Below, piece by piece: positions 27,551 through 34,605 of a stretch of 64,000 nt of DNA. Every line of letters begins with the position of its first letter. The first letter of the stretch is position 1. This DNA is from an uncultured Thermoplasmata archaeon (GTDB taxonomy: Archaea > Thermoplasmatota > Thermoplasmata > Lutacidiplasmatales > UBA184), in NCBI GenBank assembly GCA_963730815.1, contig CAVSTD010000001.1:147941-211940 (forward strand), written 5' to 3'. The translations under genes and the position numbers were made by a program. The notes beneath the pieces were generated by a model. It did no database searches and was not told the DNA's origin. It saw nothing but the letters and a program-made list of their open reading frames with translations.

Positions 27551-27915
27551 CGTGGCTCCTCGGTGGCCGGAGTCGATGGGGAATCCGGAGAAGGCTCTTC
27601 TGCGGGCCGGCCCCGGAGGTCGGCGAGGTCGCGCTTGATCGACTGCATGTCGGAGCGCATCCGCAGCATCTCCTCCTCGAAGGGGGTGAACCCGGTCGGG
27701 CTGAGCAGGCGGTGCGACAGATAGACGCCGATGAAGATCGCACCCACGAGCGCGAGCAGCGTGGTGAAGATGAGCGCGATCACGAACGCGAGCGGGTCGG
27801 CGATTGCCGACTGGACAGGGAGGGTGAAGACGTGGGTGATCTCGGCAAGCTCCACGAGAAGCAGGACGGCGATGAGGACGATCCACAGCAGGATCGCTAC
27901 GCGACTGGCCCTCAC
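27547..27915 (-). CDS. small membrane protein with a coiled-coil tail
   Basis: GTG 27915 overlaps the upstream stop (GTGA) and its own stop overlaps the guaA ATG (ATGA). Two TM helices (AILLWIVLIAVLLLV, FVIALIFTTLLALVGAIFIGVYL), then EEEMLRMRSDMQSIKRDLADL. Confidence 0.5.
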   Translation of the reverse strand: MRASRVAILLWIVLIAVLLLVELAEITHVFTLPVQSAIADPLAFVIALIFTTLLALVGAIFIGVYLSHRLLSPTGFTPFEEEMLRMRSDMQSIKRDLADLRGRPAEEPSPDSPSTPATEEPR

Positions 27916-28526
27916 GGCGCCCCTCCGGGTCCGGCGTTCGCGAGCAGGATGGCGACCGGGAGCGTATCGTTGTTGACCCCGAGAGGCGACGGCACCGCGA
28001 CGCCCGAGGTCGCGGTGGCGGAATAAAGGCTCTCGCCCCCCGAAGAGGAGGCGGGAGACGTGTAGAACGCCAAGAGCCCGACGTACCAAGTGCTGCCGCT
28101 CGGACTCGTATAGTGGGCGGAGATGTTGAGGGCGACCGGGTTCGCGGCCGTGCTGACAATGACCGAGAGGGTGTCGCTATCGTTGTTCCACTGCGTCCAA
28201 GTGAGACGGTTCCAAGAGATCGAATTGGTCCCGGTCCAGTTGAAGGAGGATGCCAGGCCGATCCGGATCTCGTCGTAGCGGATGGTCTCCCCCAGCGCCC
28301 AGACGTAAAAGTGGAAGCTCGAGTTCGTCACGGTCTTGTCGACCACGAGTTCGGCCTGTGTGAGAATTCCGGGCGCGGGTTTGCCGTTGCGCACGAGCAC
28401 CGGTGTGAGCAGGATCATGAGGACCAGAAGGAGCGAAACTCCGACGAGAGGCCACGGCGCATAAATTCCGAGCCTGCCCCGGGCGCGGGGAGGCGTCCGG
28501 CTCGGGGAGGGGGACGACCCACTCAC
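27912..28526 (-). CDS. N-terminally anchored or secreted protein with several N-x-S/T sequons
   Basis: 204 aa. Signal/anchor WPLVGVSLLLVLMILLTPVLV. Sequons NSS, NWT, NDS, NIS, NDT. Normal composition, ATGA overlap with the ubiX stop. Confidence 0.55.
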   Translation of the reverse strand: MSGSSPSPSRTPPRARGRLGIYAPWPLVGVSLLLVLMILLTPVLVRNGKPAPGILTQAELVVDKTVTNSSFHFYVWALGETIRYDEIRIGLASSFNWTGTNSISWNRLTWTQWNNDSDTLSVIVSTAANPVALNISAHYTSPSGSTWYVGLLAFYTSPASSSGGESLYSATATSGVAVPSPLGVNNDTLPVAILLANAGPGGAP

Positions 28527-29098
28527 GCGGTCCCTGCCTTCCAGCCCCGATAGAGCTGGTGCGATACACCGAGGTGGTCGAGGACCTTGCCCGCGAGGTA
28601 ATCGGTGGTCTCCTCGACCGATTTCGGTCGGAGATAGTACGCGGGGGAGGCGACGAGGACCACGGCGCCGAGCTCGCTCAGGGTCGTGAGATGCCGCAAA
28701 AGGGTCGTGGAGAGCGGGGTCTCCCGCGGCACGAGGACGAGCCGTCGACGCTCCTTGAGATGGACCGCCGCCGCCCGCGTGAGGAGCGTGTCACCAAGCC
28801 CGAGAGCGATCTTGGCCGCGGTGTTCGACGAGCAGGGCACCACGACCATTCCCCTCGTAGGGACGGAGCCGCTCGCGATCGGCGCGGCGAGGTCCCGGTC
28901 GGAATACACGTGCGAGGCCCACGGACGGAGCGCGTCCTCGTCGAGGTCGGTTTCCTCGCGAAGGACGGTGCGCGCCCCCTCCGAAACGACCAGCGAAACC
29001 GGGAGATGGGCCTCGTGCAGCGCCCGGAGGACGCGCAGCGCGATCGGCGCCCCGCTCGCGCCCGACATTCCCACGACGAACGGAGCATCCTCGGTCAC
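28523..29098 (-). CDS. ubiX: UbiX-family flavin prenyltransferase
   Basis: 191 aa. FVVGMSGASGAPIA...VVVPCSSNTAAKIALG... Confidence 0.9.
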   Translation of the reverse strand: MTEDAPFVVGMSGASGAPIALRVLRALHEAHLPVSLVVSEGARTVLREETDLDEDALRPWASHVYSDRDLAAPIASGSVPTRGMVVVPCSSNTAAKIALGLGDTLLTRAAAVHLKERRRLVLVPRETPLSTTLLRHLTTLSELGAVVLVASPAYYLRPKSVEETTDYLAGKVLDHLGVSHQLYRGWKAGTA

Positions 29099-29164
29099 GA
29101 TAGGTCCCCGGTGTTAAGAGGCTTGAACGAATCGGTCGATAAGACGGTTCGTGAGGCGGAAGCA

Positions 29165-30328
29165 TTGGCTCATCTGGCGGCGATCGTAGGGGCGGGACAC
29201 ACCCGGTTCGGGGTGCTGGACGAAGGCCCCCGCGCCCTGGTCCGCTCGGCCGTGGAGCTCGCGTTCGCGAGTGTGGACCGGGGCGCCGAGCGCAAGGACG
29301 TGGCCGAGGCGTTTCTCGCCACCCTCGGCTTCGGCGGCGCCCAGATCGGAAACTCCGCCGCTTTGCTCGGCGAGGAAGCGGGAGTGGTCGGTGTCCCGGT
29401 GACCCGGGTCGAGAACGCGTGCGCGTCGGGTGGGTTTGCCCTCCGGTCGGCAGTGGGAGCTCTCTCGTCCCGCGCGAGCCCGCTCGTGCTCGTGGTGGGT
29501 GTCGAGAAGATGACGGACGTCTCGAACGCCCGCCGTCGGTACTGGTTGGGAGTCTCGGGGGACACCGAGTGGGAACGCCTCGCGGGGCTCACGTTCGCGG
29601 GAGTGTACGGTCTCATCGCCTCCCGTTATTTCGCCGAGCACGGAAATGCCTCCGAGGCCCTCGCGGAGGTCGCGGTGAAAAACCACGAGAACGGGGCGTT
29701 GAACCCCAACGCCCATTTCCAAAAACGCGTGTCCCGGGCTGACGTGTTGGCGGCCCCGCGCGTCGCCGACCCGCTCGGTCTCTACGATTGTTGTCCGGTG
29801 AGTGACGGCGCGGTGGCCATCCTCCTTTCCCCTCCCGAGCTCGCGCATCGGTACACCGACTCTCCCGTGTACGTGGACGGCCTAGGGGCGGGCACCGACT
29901 ACCTCGCGCTGCAAGAGCGGGACACGATCACGAGCTTCCGCGCTACCCAACGTGCCGCGCACGAAGCGTTCCGATCGGCCGGTTGGCATCGGTCCGATGT
30001 GTCGTTCCTCGAAGTGCACGACTGCTTTACCATTGCCGAGCTCCTCGCGCTCGAAGACCTGGGGTTTGCCGGTCCGGGAGAAGCGGCGGCGCTGACCGTT
30101 TCGGGCGCGACCCGGCGGGACGGGCGGCTCCCTGTCAACCCGGACGGGGGTTTGAAAGCGAAAGGACACCCCATTGGGGCCTCCGGCGTGAGCCAAGTGT
30201 ACGAAGTCTTCCTTCAGCTGCGCGGCGAGGCGGGCTCGCGACAGGTCGACCACGCGGGGCACGCGCTGGCCCACAATGTCGGGGGAGCGGGAGCGACCGC
30301 CGCCGTCTCGCTCTTCTCGGTGGGGTGA
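29165..30328 (+). CDS. thiolase (archaeal acetyl-CoA acetyltransferase type)
   Basis: ORF 28559..30328 trimmed to TTG 29165 (MAHLAAIVGAGHTRFG; GAGGCGG upstream). VENACASGG active-site Cys, GLYDCCPVSDGA, NPDGGLKAKGHPIGASG. Confidence 0.85.
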   Translation: MAHLAAIVGAGHTRFGVLDEGPRALVRSAVELAFASVDRGAERKDVAEAFLATLGFGGAQIGNSAALLGEEAGVVGVPVTRVENACASGGFALRSAVGALSSRASPLVLVVGVEKMTDVSNARRRYWLGVSGDTEWERLAGLTFAGVYGLIASRYFAEHGNASEALAEVAVKNHENGALNPNAHFQKRVSRADVLAAPRVADPLGLYDCCPVSDGAVAILLSPPELAHRYTDSPVYVDGLGAGTDYLALQERDTITSFRATQRAAHEAFRSAGWHRSDVSFLEVHDCFTIAELLALEDLGFAGPGEAAALTVSGATRRDGRLPVNPDGGLKAKGHPIGASGVSQVYEVFLQLRGEAGSRQVDHAGHALAHNVGGAGATAAVSLFSVG

Positions 30329-30333
30329 GCGCG

Positions 30334-31392
30334 GTGCGTTCGGTGGTCCGCGTTGCGGCGTACGTTCCAGCGTGGACTCTCGGGAGCCTTCGCGTCGGTG
30401 CGTTCGACGAGGACGCGTTCACCCTCGGGGCGACGGCGGTCGAGCGCGCGTGGAGAGACCGGGACTCCCCGGCCGAGTCGGTCGAGATTCACCTCTTCGG
30501 CGACTTCCCGAAGATGGCGGAGTGGGGATTCCCCAGCCTTTTGGGTCGGGACGGGGGAGTGGTCCGACACCCCGGAGATGCCGGGGAGATCGCGCGCACC
30601 CTCCAGGAGGTCGAGGAGGCGGCGGGAGGCCCCGCGCTCCTTGTGGCTGCCGAGCTGCCCGAACGGGTTCCGGTTCGACGCGGGCACTCGGCCTCGCTGA
30701 TCGGCGCCGCGGCGGTCGCCTTGCTTCTCGAGCGCACGCGCGCCGCGAGACCGTATCCCCTCGAGAAGGCCGGCACCAATCGCTCCGCTGTGGACGTGGC
30801 TTTTCACCGAGCGAAGCGGAGCGAAAGTAGGCTCAAGCCCGCCGCGTACGTAGGCGACTGGACTGCCGCGCCCGCGGACGGACGTCCGGTGAATCCGGAG
30901 CTCGCCGCCCACCCGGCCGACTGGGACACATCGGCGGTTTCCGAAGGGGCGTATGTCCCTCGGGCCCGCTATCTCGAGAACCTTCCGAGTCGCTGGCGGT
31001 TCGTCGCCGAAGAGTGCGATAATTGCCATGAGGTCACGTTCCCCGCTCGAGGCGCCTGCCAACGCTGCCGGCGCCGGGACGGGCTGGTCCCGGTGGTCCT
31101 GCCGCGCGACGGCGGCCGGGTCCTGGCCGTCACGACGATCGGGAAAGGGGGTCAGCCGACCGAGTTCGACACTCAGGTAGAATCTTCCGGGCCGTACCAA
31201 GTCGCCCTCGTGGAACTCGTGAACGGAATTCGGACCACGCTCCAGGTTACCGATGCCGCGCCGGGCGAGGTCGGGGTCGGCGATCTCGTCAACACGTTCC
31301 TTCGCCGACTCTATCCGATGGAAGGAGAGTGGCGGTACGGTCGCAAAGCCGTGCCGGCGCCCTTCGGCAAGGCCGAACGCGACGAGGGCTAG
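30334..31392 (+). CDS. condensing-enzyme-like (HMGS/thiolase-fold N-half, no obvious catalytic Cys) domain fused to a DUF35 zinc-ribbon/OB-fold domain
   Basis: GTG 30334, 6 nt after the thiolase stop. N-terminus VRVAAYVPAWTL..FDEDAFTLGATAVERA..ALLVAAEL..LIGAAAVALLLE. C-terminus CDNCHEVTFPARGACQRC plus OB-like GRVLAVTTIG..YQVALVEL. Confidence 0.7.
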   Translation: MRSVVRVAAYVPAWTLGSLRVGAFDEDAFTLGATAVERAWRDRDSPAESVEIHLFGDFPKMAEWGFPSLLGRDGGVVRHPGDAGEIARTLQEVEEAAGGPALLVAAELPERVPVRRGHSASLIGAAAVALLLERTRAARPYPLEKAGTNRSAVDVAFHRAKRSESRLKPAAYVGDWTAAPADGRPVNPELAAHPADWDTSAVSEGAYVPRARYLENLPSRWRFVAEECDNCHEVTFPARGACQRCRRRDGLVPVVLPRDGGRVLAVTTIGKGGQPTEFDTQVESSGPYQVALVELVNGIRTTLQVTDAAPGEVGVGDLVNTFLRRLYPMEGEWRYGRKAVPAPFGKAERDEG

Positions 31393-31422
31393 GACAAGGG
31401 TCCGAGGGCGCTTCGAAAAGCC

Positions 31423-31647
31423 CTACGCAAAGCCCCGGAGGTCGCGGTCCTCCGGAGGTTCGTTGCCCTTGCGGACGTACGGCTCCGCGGCAATCCCGAG
31501 GTGGGCGGCCAAGGTCCGAAAGGTTTGGACCAGCTGATGGATCGACTGGGCCATCTCCCGCTGTTCGGCCCTCAACTGCTGGAGCTCTTCCCGAAGGTTC
31601 CGTAACTCGACTTCCCAGCGCGCCTCGTCGGAACCCACCGTCACCAT
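31423..31647 (-). CDS. small coiled-coil protein, function unknown
   Basis: 74 aa with heptad-like WEVELRNLREELQQLRAEQREMAQSIHQLVQTF. Composition unlike shadow ORFs. Confidence 0.4.
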   Translation of the reverse strand: MVTVGSDEARWEVELRNLREELQQLRAEQREMAQSIHQLVQTFRTLAAHLGIAAEPYVRKGNEPPEDRDLRGFA

Positions 31648-31814
31648 CGATCGCCTCGACCCTCGAAGGTCGCTCGGTAGATACGTTCTCCCGAACCATC
31701 GGCCTCCGGTCGGGCCGGTACGAGGGGTCCCGCCTCCTTGGAGCGCGAGTGGGCGAGCTGCACGAAGGAGCGCGCGAAGGAGTTTACTGCGGGTGACTGA
31801 ACCTTATGTAGTTC

Positions 31815-31842
31815 TATCGCAATTTCGATATCGGAATGTCGA
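31815..31842 (+). promoter_or_regulatory. 28-nt block shared with the padR promoter (candidate operator / core promoter)
   Basis: See 60274-60301. It lies in the most AT-rich stretch of the 313-nt spacer upstream of the ABC-2 operon. Confidence 0.4.
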
Positions 31843-31964
31843 TGATTAGGTCGCTTGGAATCCGGGAGCTCCACCGCGGTCCGTGCAGGTGGTGGTATAC
31901 CAGGAACCCGACCAGCAACGCCCAAGAACCCCTCGCGGTCGGGGAGGAGCGGGAGTTCGAATGA
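31836..31964 (+). CDS. candidate leaderless 42-codon small ORF coupled to the ABC ATPase gene
   Basis: Own translation: MSMIRSLGIRELHRGPCRWWYTRNPTSNAQEPLAVGEEREFE. ATG 31836/31842 lies at the expected distance from the AT-rich TATA-like stretch 31803-31818. Its TGA (31962-31964) overlaps ATG 31961 of the ATPase (ATGA). Confidence 0.25.
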   Translation: MSMIRSLGIRELHRGPCRWWYTRNPTSNAQEPLAVGEEREFE

Positions 31965-32974
31965 CGGACGCGATTATCGCAGAAGGGCTCACTCGAATTT
32001 TCAACGGCACGGTGAAGGCCGTGGACGAGGTCTCCTTCTCGGTAAAGCAGGGGGAGGTCTACGGTTTTCTGGGTCCCAACGGGGCGGGGAAGACCACCAC
32101 TCTCTCGATGCTGACCGCGGTCCTCGGACCGACCGCGGGCCGAGCGACGGTCGATGGCTTGGACGTCGTGGAGCATCCCCACGATCTGAAGCAGCGGATC
32201 GGGTTGGTCTTCCAGGAGTCGACGGCCGACCAGGACCTCACCGGTCGCGAGAATCTCGAACTCGCCGCGGCGCTCTTCGGAGTCCCCCTGCGGGAAACTC
32301 CGAAACGGGTTCAGGAACTCCTGGGTCGACTCGCTCTGGCCGATTCGGCCGAGCGTCTCGTGAAGACCTATTCGGGAGGCATGCGCCGGCGGCTCGAGCT
32401 CGCCGTCGGGATTATTCACTCGCCGAAGGTACTGTTCTTGGACGAGCCGACCTTAGGCCTCGACCCTCAGGGCCGGGCCGGGTTTTGGAAGATCATCAGC
32501 GAGCTTCGAAAGGAGACCGGCATGACCGTGTTCCTCACCACCCATTACCTCGACGAGGCCGACGGCATCTGCGACCGGATCGCCATCATCGACCACGGCA
32601 AGATCGTCGCCACGGGGACTCCGTCCGAGCTCAAGGACCGGGTGGGCGGCGACGTCGTCACGGTCCGGCCGCTCGGAAACGCGTCGGCCCTGGAACCGGC
32701 CCTGCGGGCTTTGCCCGGAGTCACCGCCGTGAGCTTCGTGGACGGAGCCTTCCGCGTCAAGTGTCCGAGCGGGGATGCCCTCATTCCCAAGGCGGTCGGG
32801 GCCGCGACCAACCTCGGCATCGCTCTCGCTGGGGTTTCGCTGCGTCGGCCGAGCCTGGACGAAGTGTTCCTCGAATTCACGGGGCGCGAGTTCCGAGAGG
32901 ACGAGGGACCTACCGCGACCGACCGAGCCGTCTTTCTCAGTCGTTTCCAAGACGCCCGTCGGGGGCGACGATGA
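31961..32974 (+). CDS. ABC-2-type (DrrA-like) transporter ATP-binding protein
   Basis: ATG 31961 (GGGGAGGAG upstream). Walker A GPNGAGKTT, signature YSGGMRRR, Walker B LFLDEPT. Confidence 0.9.
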   Translation: MTDAIIAEGLTRIFNGTVKAVDEVSFSVKQGEVYGFLGPNGAGKTTTLSMLTAVLGPTAGRATVDGLDVVEHPHDLKQRIGLVFQESTADQDLTGRENLELAAALFGVPLRETPKRVQELLGRLALADSAERLVKTYSGGMRRRLELAVGIIHSPKVLFLDEPTLGLDPQGRAGFWKIISELRKETGMTVFLTTHYLDEADGICDRIAIIDHGKIVATGTPSELKDRVGGDVVTVRPLGNASALEPALRALPGVTAVSFVDGAFRVKCPSGDALIPKAVGAATNLGIALAGVSLRRPSLDEVFLEFTGREFREDEGPTATDRAVFLSRFQDARRGRR

Positions 32975-33813
32975 ACGTTCGACGGTGGGGCGCCCTCACT
33001 CGAAGGGAGCTTCTGAAGATCAGCCGCAACCCCGCGGCGATCGCGACGTCGCTGATGCTTCCGATCCTCTACCTGCTATTGTTCGGCCAGGGATTCAACT
33101 TCACGTCGTCCCTGAACGCTCTGCCTCCGGACCAGAGGACGCAGGCGCTCAACTCTCTCTTGCTGGGGGCGCCCGACTACTTTTCGTACTTCGCGGCGGG
33201 CATGGTCGGTTTCGTCTGCGTGACGGCGACCCTTTTCGTCGGGGCGAACGTCATCTTCGACAAACTCTTCGGGTCCTTGAAGCGGACCGCGGCCTCGCCC
33301 GCGACCGCGACCGACATCTTCGGTTCCCGCCTCGTGGCGGGGTCGATCCAACCGGTCGCCCTCGCATTCCTCGTGCTCGGCCTCGCGATCCTGCTCGGAA
33401 ACGTAGGGCTCGCCGGTCTCCACGTCACGGGCGGGATGACGGTCGTCGGGGCCGTCGAGATCGTGGTCGCCATTCTGCTCCTCTCGCTCATGTTCGCTTC
33501 GCTCTTCCTCGCGCTCGGTTTCACCATCGAGCAACCGCAGACCTACTTCGCGCTCGTGAACGCGATCAACCTGCCCGTCCTCCTCACCTCGGCCGCCCTG
33601 TACCCGTGGGGAGCGATGCCGGCCTGGCTGCAGGGGATCGCCTCGTACAACCCGATCACGCTCGCGGTCGAGGTCCTCCGGATCAACCTGTTCGGCGGGG
33701 CGTTCTATCCCGACGCGGCCTGGGTCTACCTGCTCGGCCTTATCGGCTGGGCCGCGGCCATGTTTGCCATCGCGACGATCTTGACCCAGCGGGCGTTGGC
33801 CCCCAAGGTATAG
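32971..33813 (+). CDS. ABC-2-type transporter permease
   Basis: ATG 32971 overlaps the ATPase stop (ATGA). 280 aa, about 6 TM helices, starts MNVRRWGALTRRELLKISRNP, typical of ABC-2 permeases. Confidence 0.85.
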   Translation: MNVRRWGALTRRELLKISRNPAAIATSLMLPILYLLLFGQGFNFTSSLNALPPDQRTQALNSLLLGAPDYFSYFAAGMVGFVCVTATLFVGANVIFDKLFGSLKRTAASPATATDIFGSRLVAGSIQPVALAFLVLGLAILLGNVGLAGLHVTGGMTVVGAVEIVVAILLLSLMFASLFLALGFTIEQPQTYFALVNAINLPVLLTSAALYPWGAMPAWLQGIASYNPITLAVEVLRINLFGGAFYPDAAWVYLLGLIGWAAAMFAIATILTQRALAPKV

Positions 33814-33822
33814 TCGCGCGGT

Positions 33823-34371
33823 TCAGGTCCGGTCGCCCGTGGGGCCGAAGGGGGAGTCGGTGGTCCCCTTCTCGACGAACGGGACCCAAGTACCCTTTTC
33901 GGCGGAATAGTCGACCCGCTGGAGTTCCACCACGAACCCTTTCAGGAGCTCGGTAGCAGCGGGGCGGACGGAGATCGAGTAGACGTAGATGCCGAACCCC
34001 ATGAACTCGGTGACCCGGCGCAGGACCTCGGGAAGCGCGTCCCTCGGAACGGTGATCCGGATCGAGGTCCCCCCCAACAGGGCCGAGAAGTCGTCGACAT
34101 CGAAGGGACGCTCGAGCGTGATGAGGGGTTGCGACGGGCCTGCGGCGGCCGGGCTCGGTGTCGAGGAAGGCGTCGGCGCGGTCCCGTGCGGGCTCGAAAC
34201 GGAGGGGCGGGGGGGTGGGCCTTTGGGCGCGGTCCCGGGGGCCTTTGGGGGATAATGTTCGAGGACCGGGCTCGCGTCTCGACCGACGAACCGGGGCGGG
34301 GGGGCGGCCTTCGGGCGGCGGGGCAACCGTGCGGGGACCTTCCTCTGTCGCCCGTGTTTCTTGGTGGGCAT
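33823..34371 (-). CDS. hypothetical protein (basic/Pro-rich N-terminus, ~95-aa folded C-terminal domain)
   Basis: ORF 33823..34494 trimmed to ATG 34371 (MPTKKHGRQRK). C-terminal ITLERPFDVDDFSALLGG..FGIYVYSISVRP..VVELQRVDYS. CTTATGG about 31 nt upstream. Confidence 0.45.
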   Translation of the reverse strand: MPTKKHGRQRKVPARLPRRPKAAPPPRFVGRDASPVLEHYPPKAPGTAPKGPPPRPSVSSPHGTAPTPSSTPSPAAAGPSQPLITLERPFDVDDFSALLGGTSIRITVPRDALPEVLRRVTEFMGFGIYVYSISVRPAATELLKGFVVELQRVDYSAEKGTWVPFVEKGTTDSPFGPTGDRT

Positions 34372-34605
34372 AGGGCTCGGACGTCCCGAGGCGCGGCGGG
34401 CCATAAGGCAGAGCCCCCCCGAGCGGGATCGGCCCATGCGCGGGGCGGCATATCGTGAGTTTGTAGCGAGCTCAGCCGTGCGACTCCTCGTCACGGGGCC
34501 TCACTTTTGTCGCACCTAGGGCGACACATGGGTTATGTAGGATAGGGTTGGTGAGCCTGCCAGACTCCAACCGCAAAGTTGGGGTCGAAGAAGAGGAAAC
34601 CGACA

